From NCBI GenBank assembly GCA_943325035.2, contig CALPNW020000001.1:920-64919 (forward strand): a stretch of 64,000 nt of DNA, written 5' to 3'. This document shows positions 20,410 to 30,304 of this stretch, piece after piece. The translations under genes and the position numbers were made by a program. The notes beneath the pieces are model-generated. The model was not told where the DNA came from. It saw only the letters and a program-made list of their open reading frames with translations, and did not search any database. Source of the stretch: Sphingobacterium thalpophilum. GTDB taxonomy: Bacteria; Bacteroidota; Bacteroidia; Chitinophagales; Chitinophagaceae. Numbering within the stretch: the stretch's first letter is position 1; every line of letters starts with the position of its first letter.

Positions 20410-21036
20410 TTAAATGGAAGGATGTTTTTCTGGATGGATCGTTCTGAAAGTCAGGTTGATTCTGGGCTGTATGATCCGTTTGGCAGGAGGCAGCCGGTGA
20501 AGCCAGTTGGTTTGCGTGTCGTCTTTCATTACCAGCAGGCTGCCATGCTCCAGCATTACAGAAACGGTTTCTGCAGTTTCTTTGTGTTTGAATACAAACT
20601 TACGTTCTGCCCCAAAACTCAAAGAAGCAATGGCCCCGTTTTTTTTAAGCTCTTTTTCCGCATCACTGTGCCAGCCCATTCCCTCTTCACCGCTGTGGTA
20701 TAAATTCAAAAGACAGGAATTAAATGTTTCACCGGTTTCCAGTTCAACAGCTGTTTGGATCTCCAGTAGCTCTTTGGTAAAGGGTAATGCCAGTTTGGTG
20801 GTTTTGGAATAAGTATACGGAAACGCTTTTTCGCCATACCAGGCTACTTTGCGCTTGGTAATAATGCGTTTCCCATAAATAACCGCTTCGTCGTTCTTCC
20901 ACTCTATATGGGTAAGTAAGGCTTCCATCAACCGATTGGCTTCATTAAAAGCAAACAGCTTTCCATAATAATTAACCGTACCACCCCCGGATAGCAGGTT
21001 GTAGGACTTGTTAATATCATTGCTAAATAGTTCCAG
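20410..21036 (-). CDS. alkB: 2OG-Fe(II) dioxygenase, AlkB family; probable CTG start at 21036
   Basis: RKVAWY, LNLY..G..GMGWHSD, H.LP and RINLTFR motifs. The frame extends 35 codons upstream of the listed TTG with a family-like N-terminus. Confidence 0.85.
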   Translation of the reverse strand: MELFSNDINKSYNLLSGGGTVNYYGKLFAFNEANRLMEALLTHIEWKNDEAVIYGKRIITKRKVAWYGEKAFPYTYSKTTKLALPFTKELLEIQTAVELETGETFNSCLLNLYHSGEEGMGWHSDAEKELKKNGAIASLSFGAERKFVFKHKETAETVSVMLEHGSLLVMKDDTQTNWLHRLPPAKRIIQPRINLTFRTIHPEKHPSI

Positions 21037-21168
21037 GCAGGTTTTTTTAAATGCAGGCCTAAAAATAACTATTTATTGTAGGTAATAAATAGCCATGTAG
21101 AGTACTTTTGTAACATTCCCTTATATTCCATTCTAAATTCACCCACTAACTTTAAATTAACAGACAAT

Positions 21169-22212
21169 ATGAGTAATACAAAAGCATTTGCAGCACAAGC
21201 CGCATCAGCACCGCTGGCGCCATTTAGTTTCAACAGAAGAGAGCCGCGTGAACATGATGTACAAATTGAAATTCTTTACTGTGGTGTTTGTCATTCGGAT
21301 ATCCACCAGGTAAAAGGAGAATGGGGTAATTCCAGTTTTCCAATGGTACCGGGCCATGAAATCGTAGGACGTATTAGCAAAGTAGGCAGCCATGTAACCA
21401 AATTTAAAGTAGGTGATCTTGCAGGTGTGGGTTGCTTTATTGATTCCTGCCGCGAGTGCCAGAACTGTAAAGAGGGTCTCGAACAATATTGTGATACCGG
21501 TTCTGTGGGTACCTATAATGATAAAGAAAAAGATGGCACACCTACTTATGGCGGATACTCTTCACAGATTGTGGTAGATGAAAACTATACGTTAAAAGTA
21601 TCCGATAAACTTCCATTGTCCGGAGTTGCTCCTCTGCTTTGTGCAGGTATAACCACCTACTCTCCATTAATGCATGTAGGCGTTAAAAAAGGCGACAGAG
21701 TGGGTGTTCTGGGCTTAGGGGGTCTTGGTCATATGGCAGTAAAATTTGCCGCGGCCTTTGGAGCAGAAGTAACCATGCTCAGCTCATCTCCTTCTAAAAA
21801 AGCAGATGCAGAAAAACTGGGTGCACATCATTTTGCACTTACTTCAGACGAAGCAACCATGAAAGGCCTGCAGAATCATTTTGATATAATTCTGAACACC
21901 GTATCTGCACAACACGATTATGTTACTTACCTGAATCTTCTGCGCACCAATGGTACTATGATTGTGGTAGGTGTTCCTCCCAATCCGATAGCGATACATG
22001 CCTTTCCGTTAATTATGAAAAGAAGAACCATCATTGGATCAATGATAGGAGGCATTAAAGAAACCCAGGAAATGCTGGATTTCTGTGCCGAACACAATAT
22101 TGTATCTGATGTAGAAGTAATCAATATGGATTATATCAACGAAGCATACGAAAGAATATTAAAGAGCGATGTACGGTATCGTTTTGTAATAGATATGGCC
22201 ACTTTAAAATAA
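21169..22212 (+). CDS. Zn-dependent NADPH alcohol/aldehyde dehydrogenase (cinnamyl-ADH/YahK type)
   Basis: CGVCHSD, GHEIVG, CxxCxxC..C, PLLCAGIT, GLGGLGH and RYRFVID motifs. Confidence 0.93.
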   Translation: MSNTKAFAAQAASAPLAPFSFNRREPREHDVQIEILYCGVCHSDIHQVKGEWGNSSFPMVPGHEIVGRISKVGSHVTKFKVGDLAGVGCFIDSCRECQNCKEGLEQYCDTGSVGTYNDKEKDGTPTYGGYSSQIVVDENYTLKVSDKLPLSGVAPLLCAGITTYSPLMHVGVKKGDRVGVLGLGGLGHMAVKFAAAFGAEVTMLSSSPSKKADAEKLGAHHFALTSDEATMKGLQNHFDIILNTVSAQHDYVTYLNLLRTNGTMIVVGVPPNPIAIHAFPLIMKRRTIIGSMIGGIKETQEMLDFCAEHNIVSDVEVINMDYINEAYERILKSDVRYRFVIDMATLK

Positions 22213-22251
22213 GCACTGTACAACATACCAGCACTTCAGTTGAAATGCAAG

Positions 22252-22291
22252 AAAATGCCCCCATTAAGTGTCTAACTTTTTGGGGGCATTC
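22252..22291. repeat. 40-bp palindromic element, copy 1 (IS3/IS150-end-like; likely bidirectional terminator)
   Basis: AAAATGCCCCCATTAAGTGTCTAACTTTTTGGGGGCATTC, 38/40 identical to 50918-50957; lies between convergent genes. Confidence 0.75.
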
Positions 22292-22311
22292 CAAATCCGG
22301 AGGCTTTTTAC

Positions 22312-22944
22312 TTATTTGATTGCAGTAATAAATTCTTCTTTGCTTTTGCGCACTTTTTTCAGATTAACCAGCCAGTCTTTATCCGCATCTCTGTAACCGA
22401 TTGGTAAGAGTAAAACACTCTTCAGGCCTTTTTCATTCAACCCGAGTAAAGTATCCAACGCTGCAGCATCAAAGCCTTCCATTGGAGTGGTGTCTACGCC
22501 TTCAAAAGCAGCAGCAGCAATAGCCATACTAAAACCAATATAGGCCTGCTTTGCAGCATGGGTAAAATTTTCTTCAGCAGGTTTCGAAGGATAGCTGGCT
22601 AATAACATTTTACGATAGTTCTCCCAGCCCTCATTGATGAATCCACGCTTTTCGTTGGTAAGGTCAAACATGTGGTTGATCCTTTCAGCAGTGTAGGTAT
22701 CCCATGCGGCAAAAACCAGCAAATGCGAACAATCAGTAACTACCGACTGGTTATAGGCAATGGGCTTGATTTTTTCTTTCAGTTCCTGGTTGCTGATTAC
22801 AATGATTTCAAAAGGCTGCAACCCGCTCGATGTAGGGGCCAATCTGGCCGCTTCAAGAATAGTATCTACTTTTTCGGTTGGTACTATTTGCTGGTTCATT
22901 GCCTTGGTAGCATAGCGCCAGTTTAATTGTTCAATCAAATTCAT
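22312..22944 (-). CDS. Nitroreductase family NAD(P)H oxidoreductase
   Basis: WRYATK, APTSSGLQP, TPMEGFD, GYR and KVRK motifs. Confidence 0.93.
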   Translation of the reverse strand: MNLIEQLNWRYATKAMNQQIVPTEKVDTILEAARLAPTSSGLQPFEIIVISNQELKEKIKPIAYNQSVVTDCSHLLVFAAWDTYTAERINHMFDLTNEKRGFINEGWENYRKMLLASYPSKPAEENFTHAAKQAYIGFSMAIAAAAFEGVDTTPMEGFDAAALDTLLGLNEKGLKSVLLLPIGYRDADKDWLVNLKKVRKSKEEFITAIK

Positions 22945-22959
22945 ATTAGTTGTGTTTTT

Positions 22960-23277
22960 TTATACTAATTCTATTGCTCTTCCGAGCGCTTCGCAAATTT
23001 CACATTGCAGCAAACCACTTCCGCCACCATAATGTGCAATGATCTTTGCGTTGGGGTTCTTCGCCAGAAAGTAGGCCTTTAAAGAGTTTTCCAGATCGTC
23101 GGGTAATCCACTGCTGAATAATACCAGATCTATTGGTGTTACAATGAACAAATCTAAAGCATCCTTTTCATTCAGGGCCGCATAAGCTTTGAAGTTCCTG
23201 AATTTGTTCACCAGTTTAATCAACAGACTTACAAGATCCTCATTGCTGCCAATTATTAATACACCGGTTTTTTGTAC
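22960..23277 (-). CDS. Small receiver-like hypothetical protein of pirin/nitroreductase loci (start uncertain)
   Basis: DLVLFSSGL...HYGGGSGLL motif. The frame is open upstream of TTG 23223 to a stop at 23299-23301, with no ATG. Confidence 0.65.
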   Translation of the reverse strand, partial: VQKTGVLIIGSNEDLVSLLIKLVNKFRNFKAYAALNEKDALDLFIVTPIDLVLFSSGLPDDLENSLKAYFLAKNPNAKIIAHYGGGSGLLQCEICEALGRAIELV

Positions 23278-23349
23278 AATAATAGTTGGGTCTTTTTTTT
23301 AACTCAATGGTCTGTTCCACAAATATTCATTTATTCGGCATTATCTATT

Positions 23350-24066
23350 CTAATTCATAGGAACTTCCATCAGCAGGATCTCCGCATCATCCGATGTGGC
23401 AACCAGATCAAAAGATGCCAGGTTCCATAAACCCAAACCATCTCTGGTATCCAGGGCCGTACCATTCACCAGAAACTGCCCTTTCAGTATAAAAACATAT
23501 ACTCCGTTGCCTGCTTTTTTTAGGGTATACCTGTCTGTTTTATCCTTGTCGTAATTGCCTGAATGAAACCAGGCATCCTGATAAATCCAAACACCGGCAT
23601 CTTCCTTATCGGGAGAGAGGATCTGCTGCAGGCGATTTTTACGATCTGCCGGGTTCAGCGTAATCTGGTCGTACCGGGGTGTAACATTGCGTTCCTTCGG
23701 GAAAATCCAGATTTGTAAAAACTTCACCGCCTCCTGCTTGTTTTTATTGTACTCACTGTGATAAATACCTGTTCCGGCACTCATCACCTGAATATCCCCC
23801 TGCTTAATAACAGTAGTATTACCCATACTGTCTTTGTGCTCCAGATCACCTTCGAGCGGAATACTGATGATTTCCATATTGTCATGGGGGTGTTCGCCAA
23901 AACCCATGCCGCCACTAACCGTATCGTCATTCAATACGCGTAAAGCCCCGAATTGAATTCTCTCCGGATTATAATAGCCGGCAAAACTGAAAGTATGAAA
24001 ACTGTTCAACCAACCATGGTTGGCTGCGCCCCGTGAACCGGCCTTATGTAAAACGGAATCAGACAT
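23350..24066 (-). CDS. Pirin family protein (YhhW-like)
   Basis: RG.ANHGWL.S.HTFSF, HPHDNMEI, H.DSMG, HSEYN and LQIWI motifs. Confidence 0.93.
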   Translation of the reverse strand: MSDSVLHKAGSRGAANHGWLNSFHTFSFAGYYNPERIQFGALRVLNDDTVSGGMGFGEHPHDNMEIISIPLEGDLEHKDSMGNTTVIKQGDIQVMSAGTGIYHSEYNKNKQEAVKFLQIWIFPKERNVTPRYDQITLNPADRKNRLQQILSPDKEDAGVWIYQDAWFHSGNYDKDKTDRYTLKKAGNGVYVFILKGQFLVNGTALDTRDGLGLWNLASFDLVATSDDAEILLMEVPMN

Positions 24067-24150
24067 AGTTATTGTTTTAAAAAAACAAATGTCTACAATT
24101 ACCACCCCATTTACAATAATGTAGATTAAGAAATGGGGCTGAACGGGCTA

Positions 24151-25059
24151 TTACAGCCTAAACAGAAAGTTAATTTCTCCAAATGAGTGGTCCAGTGCTG
24201 CACTGAATTCGCGGGTGTTATAGTTTTGAACGAGGGTTACTGCAAACTTGCGGGTATAATAGGAAATGCCGATAGCAGATTTGAATACATATAAGCTAAT
24301 GTCTTTTTTTATGGCAGCCAGTTCTTTGGTACTGCCAAACGCCTTGCTGAACATTTCATTATACAGCACATACGTAACAGCAGGCCGGGCAAATGCATAG
24401 AAACCCCTTTTTTTACCCGTCAGGGCTGGTATCAACCCAAATTGGTGCGCTGAAAAATTACCGCCGCCGCCCAGTTTAAGTTCACCACCAATAGAAGCCC
24501 GGGTAAATATGGTGCCAAATTCCAATCCTGCCAACGTGTTAACATGAATGGCTTTATGCCGGATCAGTGATCTGTTATAATTAAATTCGAACTGAAGCAA
24601 ATTACCCAAATCGATCTGATTGTTCCAGCCAAGTGGCATATACACATTTAACCATCTGTGCAATGCAGATTGTACATCAGCAGCAAATGCTTTTTCACCG
24701 GTTGTGCCTGCAGAAATCTGGTACTGAAGGCTGGCAAGCGAATCGTTGAAAAATACAGACCGGCTGTAGCTGAGATACAATAATCCGGCATAAGGAAAAT
24801 CATTTCCGTTTAAATCTGTTCGCAAAATATCATCCGGGCTAAAAACCCGTTGACTGATAGAAACCGCATGAACAATGTGCGGCTTTTTTTTACCCTTAAA
24901 ACTTAAAGACATCGTATTTCCACCGGTATAATACTGATCGGTTCCACTGCATCTGTAATTCAGAAAATCGTTTTGAATATTGAAGCTGAAATAAATTTCC
25001 TTTTGTGCAATGATGCAGATAGGTATAGTGACGGCGATTAAAAGCAGAAAGTTTTTCAT
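24151..25059 (-). CDS. Lipid A deacylase LpxR family (DUF2219) outer membrane protein
   Basis: QND...DQYYTGG, Q.VFSP, D.PYAG.L, Q..LH and GW.NQI motifs; signal peptide from ATG 25059. Confidence 0.75.
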   Translation of the reverse strand: MKNFLLLIAVTIPICIIAQKEIYFSFNIQNDFLNYRCSGTDQYYTGGNTMSLSFKGKKKPHIVHAVSISQRVFSPDDILRTDLNGNDFPYAGLLYLSYSRSVFFNDSLASLQYQISAGTTGEKAFAADVQSALHRWLNVYMPLGWNNQIDLGNLLQFEFNYNRSLIRHKAIHVNTLAGLEFGTIFTRASIGGELKLGGGGNFSAHQFGLIPALTGKKRGFYAFARPAVTYVLYNEMFSKAFGSTKELAAIKKDISLYVFKSAIGISYYTRKFAVTLVQNYNTREFSAALDHSFGEINFLFRL

Positions 25060-25211
25060 TGCTACATCGATTAATCCTGGCTGAGTTGAACAAACGAAGA
25101 TGAATCGAACACCGTATATATTCCAATGACCTGAGTCATGGGACAACAATGACAGGTATCAGGTTTGTGATATTCCACACCGCGTACCAGAAACCTGGTG
25201 CAGCTAACCGG

Positions 25212-25796
25212 TTATTGAGATCGTAATAATTCGCCACGCATTTTACTGAGAAATTCCGGTGTAACGCCGATGTATTCCGCCACCAGCTTTTGGGGAATAT
25301 CATTGATGAGTGAAGGATAGGTATTGCAGAAATCAGAGTACCGTTGCTTGGCGGTTAAACTCATAGAGTCTATTAATCTTTGTCTGCTGCTAACCAATGC
25401 ATTTTCGGTAAGTATTCTGAAATAACGTTCCAGTTTAGGTACTTTATTAAACAGGTCCAGCTGGTCTGCCCTGCTTAATAAAGCCACTTCACTGTTACTG
25501 ATGGCTTCTATATTTAAATTGGCCGGTTTCTCTGAAATGAAACTGTACATGTCTGTAATCCACCAGCCTACCGGTGCAAACTGTAAAATATGTTCAAACC
25601 CATTCTCGTCTACCGAATAAGACCTCAGGCAACCCGACAATACAAAAGCCACTTCTTTAGCTACCCGGCCTTCCTGCATCAGGAGTTGTTTTCGTTTAAC
25701 TTTTACAACCCGCATGGTAGCAGCAATAATATTACACTCCTCGTCTGTAAGAGTAACATGTTTATTTAAACTAACTACCAGATTGCTGCAATCCAT
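25212..25796 (-). CDS. Crp/Fnr family transcriptional regulator
   Basis: G.LRSY..DENG.EHI.QF, TAKQRY..F and YIGVTPEFLS.MR motifs. Confidence 0.92.
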   Translation of the reverse strand: MDCSNLVVSLNKHVTLTDEECNIIAATMRVVKVKRKQLLMQEGRVAKEVAFVLSGCLRSYSVDENGFEHILQFAPVGWWITDMYSFISEKPANLNIEAISNSEVALLSRADQLDLFNKVPKLERYFRILTENALVSSRQRLIDSMSLTAKQRYSDFCNTYPSLINDIPQKLVAEYIGVTPEFLSKMRGELLRSQ

Positions 25797-25800
25797 TTAA

Positions 25801-25808
25801 CAAAGGTA
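25801..25808 (-). promoter_or_regulatory. Bacteroidota -7 promoter box TACCTTTG, 4 nt before the Crp ATG
   Basis: Exact TAnnTTTG match on the minus strand. Confidence 0.5.
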
Positions 25809-25818
25809 GTAATAAGGT

Positions 25819-28047
25819 CTAAAAGGAAAAGCCCATGGTCACATAGGCCTGAAAAGATTTTGCCTGGTCACAATACATGCCACTTAATTCAATAGGCCCC
25901 AAAATAGAGTTATAGGCAAAGCTGAGTGAATGACCGGTAAGCCATCCCGGTTGTTGCAACTGGTTATTACTCCCTAAAAAATCATTGGCCAGCACATTGC
26001 TCCTTGCAATCAGAAAGATAGAAGACAATAACCTGTAGCGTAAACCCAGTTGCAGGGCCGCAACACTGTTAGAAAATAAACTCACATCCTGCAAGCCGGC
26101 AAATACAATCTGGTTACGGTACATTTTATTTAACCCGCCTATAGAAAATGAATTGAATATATTCTGTTTAGCATCAAAATTAATGCCCGACTGAAAATGC
26201 GTGGTGAGTATTATTCGTTTACTAACGGGCGTATAAAACTCTGCATTCAGTAAAGCCTGGGTATAATTTCTGGTACTGATATTGAGTGAATCCGGAGAAG
26301 TAATTACCGAGCCATTAGAAGAAAAAGTAAGTTGCTGTTTCTGATCATAGATCAATCCGATCTCTCCATTAATTCTCATTCCTTTTTCTGCATAAAATGG
26401 CCGGTCTAAGGTATTCAGATTAAAATACCCGAATGCATTAAAGTATTTATTACTGCCGGTTACTTCATACACCGATTGCAGCAGCGGGCTGTATCGGATC
26501 CATTCATAACGGATGCCCGAACCAATATGATAGTTCCGGCTGATCGCCGATTGCATTTTCAGTTCTCCTTTAAAAAAGCGTTGCCGGTAGAGGCCGTCTT
26601 TTTTATAATTATTATAGGTATTCACTTTAAAAGTTTCGAACTGCAGAGCCGGAATCAGCAATAGATTTTTTTTCTTTCCGAGGTATTGCAGGTGCTCGGC
26701 CCTTAAGCGGAAGTTTTCTCCCAGATTCAGCGTAATCAGCGACCGTGAATTATTGGTGAAATAATTACGGGTAGTGAAATTGGCCACCAGACTGATTCCG
26801 GTGAATGTATTATAATGGATACCCAGTTTAGTAAAGGATGCTACGTTCTCTTCTACTTCAAAAATAATGCGGGCCTTTCCTTCAGACACAGGGTCTAACG
26901 TGTAGTGAATGAAATTATAATTTCGGGTACCATATCCTTTCCGGATCATATCAGAAAGCTCGGTTACCGTATACGTAAGGTTGGGCTGAAAATTAATGCT
27001 TTCCAGAAAAGAGGCATTGGTGATCTGATCGAGTCCTCTCACCGTACTGCCTACAATAAACACCGAGTGGGTCTGCTCTTTTTTTTCCCGGGCAGGTACC
27101 CCATAAATGGCATTGATGGAATCAGCCAGGTGCTTAAAAACAGGATAATATTCTCTTCCCTTAATAATACCGGAGTCGGTTATTTCATTGCCTTCCCCAA
27201 AACTGGCAGTACCGTAATTTTTAAATTGCTGGTTAATAAAATAGTCGCAGGAAGCAATTTGTTTTCCGTTTTCATCGGCGTTCTTGAACATAGAGATCTG
27301 CATCAGAATCTGTGCAGGATTATTGAGCTGTTCTTTGGGCAGCAAGCCGTGCGCAACATTGCTGCCAATAACAATTCTGGCTCCCATCTCTCTTACATCC
27401 GATACCGGAAAATTTCTGACCACCCCACCATCTACCAGTTTTCTTCCAAAATTTTCAACCGTGGTAAACACACCCGGAATAGCCATGCTGGCCCTTACCG
27501 CAGTAGTGATCTCTCCTGAATTCTGTACCACCGCATCTGCGTTGGAAATATCCGTTGCAATGCATTTAAAAGGAATCGGAAACTGGTTAAAATTTTTCAG
27601 GGGATATACCGGAAAATACAATTCCGATAATAGAATCCAGAGCTCCTGCGATTCCAGTGCGCCGGAAGGAAGATTAAATTTGCCGCGCTTATAAGGAAGC
27701 TCTACGGCATAATGTGCGTATTCCTCTTTTTCCTCCATTGCCAGAGAGCGGAGTGTGGTATGATTGGTAAGTAATAAACGCCAGTCTATTTTACGGGCAA
27801 TCCGTTCTATTTCATTTGCGGAATAGCCGATGGCATATAATGAGCCTAACACACTGCCCATGCTGGTTCCGGTGATATAGTCTATGCTTAATCCGGCCGA
27901 ATCGATTGCTTTGAGAATACCAATATGTGCCAACCCTTTGGCGCCACCCCCACTAAGGGTCAGCCCGATTGTAGGACGACCCCTCTGCTGGGCAGTCAAC
28001 GGCAAAACCGAATACAATACAAAAAATACCAGCAGCAAAAAACGCAT
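25819..28047 (-). CDS. Patatin-like phospholipase with POTRA/beta-barrel C-terminus (PlpD-like)
   Basis: LSGGGAKG, GTSMG and DGG motifs; signal peptide; C-terminal aromatic barrel strand (MGFSF). Confidence 0.9.
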   Translation of the reverse strand: MRFLLLVFFVLYSVLPLTAQQRGRPTIGLTLSGGGAKGLAHIGILKAIDSAGLSIDYITGTSMGSVLGSLYAIGYSANEIERIARKIDWRLLLTNHTTLRSLAMEEKEEYAHYAVELPYKRGKFNLPSGALESQELWILLSELYFPVYPLKNFNQFPIPFKCIATDISNADAVVQNSGEITTAVRASMAIPGVFTTVENFGRKLVDGGVVRNFPVSDVREMGARIVIGSNVAHGLLPKEQLNNPAQILMQISMFKNADENGKQIASCDYFINQQFKNYGTASFGEGNEITDSGIIKGREYYPVFKHLADSINAIYGVPAREKKEQTHSVFIVGSTVRGLDQITNASFLESINFQPNLTYTVTELSDMIRKGYGTRNYNFIHYTLDPVSEGKARIIFEVEENVASFTKLGIHYNTFTGISLVANFTTRNYFTNNSRSLITLNLGENFRLRAEHLQYLGKKKNLLLIPALQFETFKVNTYNNYKKDGLYRQRFFKGELKMQSAISRNYHIGSGIRYEWIRYSPLLQSVYEVTGSNKYFNAFGYFNLNTLDRPFYAEKGMRINGEIGLIYDQKQQLTFSSNGSVITSPDSLNISTRNYTQALLNAEFYTPVSKRIILTTHFQSGINFDAKQNIFNSFSIGGLNKMYRNQIVFAGLQDVSLFSNSVAALQLGLRYRLLSSIFLIARSNVLANDFLGSNNQLQQPGWLTGHSLSFAYNSILGPIELSGMYCDQAKSFQAYVTMGFSF

Positions 28048-28109
28048 AGCAGATAAGGGTTTAAATCAAAGTTCGGAATAAAACTGCAGCAACCTGTGTG
28101 CATCATCCA

Positions 28110-29117
28110 CTATTTAATCCAGCCCTGTGCTTTATACCAATCAATGGTATGTTTCAGGCCGGCTTCTAAAGGATAGTCGGGCGTAAAACCTAATTGTACC
28201 AAGGGTTTTGCATCTACCGCCCAGTTATCTGCTTCAAATTCGCTCAGGCGTTCGCTGTTAAAAATGGGTGTTTTTTGCTGGTATTGACCGATCCGGTCAG
28301 ACAGTTTAGCAGCAAGTCTGGCAATACCAACAGGCACCACCAGGGGAACGGTTTTTTTACCCAGTATTTTTTTAACCAGTCCGTTAAATTCCGGAGCGGC
28401 ATAATTAAACGTGTCTGAAATAATCAGGGCCTGATTAACGATTGGCTGATCAATGCTTAAAAAAACTGCTTTACAAACATCCGCCACATGAATAAAACTC
28501 AGTTGCTGTTTTTTGCTGCCTATATAGAGTTCCAGATGCTGGTTGATCGATTGAATAAGTACCAACAGGTCTTTTTCGCGCGGACCATATACCGTAGTAG
28601 GGTTAATAATAATAAAGGGGAAATTAACCGTTTGCTTTAAGAACTGTTCTGCAGCAAGTTTACTCTTGCCATAGGCCGTAACCGGTTGCTGCAGTTGAAG
28701 GGTATCGATCGGCAGTCCGCCCGATTTCCCCGGACCGTAGGCAGCAAGGCTGCTGATAAGAATAAATTTATCAGGAACAAGGTTCAGCCGTATCAGGCTG
28801 TTCACCAGCGTTTCGGTATTGGTATGATTTACCCGGAAATAGTCCGATGGAACGATGGATTTAGTAAGGCCGGCAGAGTGAATAATGATATCAAAGCGGC
28901 CAAAACCGGCTGCGTTTTTTTTCAGCTGATTTTCCAATATTGCTTCATTGCTGAAATCCAGTTCCAGAAAGTGAAGATGGGGATGGGGCTCCTGCAGCCA
29001 GGCCGTACTGCTCGAAGAGCGCATGCCGGCAAAAGTCCGGTAGTTCTTTTTGAGGGCTTCCTCCACCAAAAAACTGCCGATAAAACCACTGGCGCCGGTG
29101 ATTAAAATATTTTTCAT
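28110..29117 (-). CDS. NAD-dependent epimerase/dehydratase; candidate oxo-ceramide reductase (CerR-like)
   Basis: TGASGFIG, SS.AAYG, YGKSK and VYGP motifs; third gene after spt and the GNAT. Confidence 0.75.
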   Translation of the reverse strand: MKNILITGASGFIGSFLVEEALKKNYRTFAGMRSSSSTAWLQEPHPHLHFLELDFSNEAILENQLKKNAAGFGRFDIIIHSAGLTKSIVPSDYFRVNHTNTETLVNSLIRLNLVPDKFILISSLAAYGPGKSGGLPIDTLQLQQPVTAYGKSKLAAEQFLKQTVNFPFIIINPTTVYGPREKDLLVLIQSINQHLELYIGSKKQQLSFIHVADVCKAVFLSIDQPIVNQALIISDTFNYAAPEFNGLVKKILGKKTVPLVVPVGIARLAAKLSDRIGQYQQKTPIFNSERLSEFEADNWAVDAKPLVQLGFTPDYPLEAGLKHTIDWYKAQGWIK

Positions 29118-29128
29118 GTACTGCTCGG

Positions 29129-30256
29129 TTAATCAGAAAGCTGCTTGATGAAACAACGTCTTCTTTTATGTTGGCGTGCATCAAAATGATCCCAGATAGA
29201 TTGCACTTTGGTATTCATTTCCAGTTCCGGATTGGATTCTGCATACAAGATGCCGCGCTTGTTAAAAGCTTCATTGGTTTGTTGAAGTACCAGGGCATTC
29301 ACGCCCTTTCCCTGATAAGCTTTGTCTACTCCAAGCAACATCAGATCGGCTTCTGAATTTTTTTTCAGTGCTTTCAGCAGGTGTATAAAACCAAAAGGGA
29401 ACAGGCTTCCATTGGCTTTTTGCAAAGCAGCAGATAAGGAAGGCATGGTAACCCCAAAGCCAACCAGTTTATTATTTTTATCGGCAATAAGTGTAATGAA
29501 CTCAGGCCGGATCATGGAGAAATACATTTTGGTATAGTAGGCCACCTGACGTTCAGTTAATTCAACCACACCATACAATCCCGTATAGGTTTCGTTGATC
29601 AGCTGAAAGACCTCTTTTGCGTAAGGCAGCAGGTCTTTTGTTTTTTTCAGATGAATTGTATGCAGCTGGTATCTTTTTTTAACCAGCTCCGCAATTTTCT
29701 GAATATGATCGGCAGTTTGAACGGGTATTTTTATGCGGTACTCCACCCAGTCAACTGCTTTGCCATAGCCCAGCTGTTCCATCATTACCGGATAGTACGG
29801 GTAATTGTAAATGGTGGCCATGGTGCCAAGTTCTTCAAAACCTTCTACCAGCATGCCTTCGTAATCCAGATCGGTAAAGCCCAGCGGACCATGAACGGCC
29901 GTGCAGTTAATCTCTTTGGCCCAGGTTTCTACCGCTCCCAGTAAGGCACGGGGTACACGAACGTCTTCTGTAAAATCAATCCAGCCAAACCGCAGGTAGT
30001 TGTTCTTCCATTTTGCTACATACGCTTTATTGTAAATACCTGCAATACGGCCCACTACCTTTCCCTGCTGGTAAGCCAGCCAGTAGCGCGCATCACAATG
30101 ATCAAAAGCAGGGTTCTTTTTTTTATCGAGTGTAGCGGCCTCATCAAAGCGAAGCGCAGGAATATTATACTTATTGCCCTTATAAAGTGCATATGGAAAA
30201 TCAATAAACGCCTTCATGAGTTGTTTATTGGTTACTTCTACGATTGATATTTCCAT
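29129..30256 (-). CDS. Double-GNAT N-acyltransferase; candidate bacterial ceramide synthase (bCerS-like)
   Basis: FIDFPY.LY, NPAF, VGRIAG, GP.GF....GML.EGF, YN.PYY, GKLFPFG-like segment, LGV...YQGKG and LE.N motifs; adjacent to spt. Confidence 0.75.
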   Translation of the reverse strand: MEISIVEVTNKQLMKAFIDFPYALYKGNKYNIPALRFDEAATLDKKKNPAFDHCDARYWLAYQQGKVVGRIAGIYNKAYVAKWKNNYLRFGWIDFTEDVRVPRALLGAVETWAKEINCTAVHGPLGFTDLDYEGMLVEGFEELGTMATIYNYPYYPVMMEQLGYGKAVDWVEYRIKIPVQTADHIQKIAELVKKRYQLHTIHLKKTKDLLPYAKEVFQLINETYTGLYGVVELTERQVAYYTKMYFSMIRPEFITLIADKNNKLVGFGVTMPSLSAALQKANGSLFPFGFIHLLKALKKNSEADLMLLGVDKAYQGKGVNALVLQQTNEAFNKRGILYAESNPELEMNTKVQSIWDHFDARQHKRRRCFIKQLSD

Positions 30257-30304
30257 ATTAGTTAATTAGCCATTCAACAGCAACGCAGGTACTGATCATT
30301 ACAA

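Noticed and set aside
26905-27519. 204-aa plus-strand ORF, and similar long antisense ORFs (13961-14530, 33466-33996, 55832-56581)
   Set aside because: All lie fully antisense to well-supported genes and show no recognisable motifs; they are shadow ORFs.
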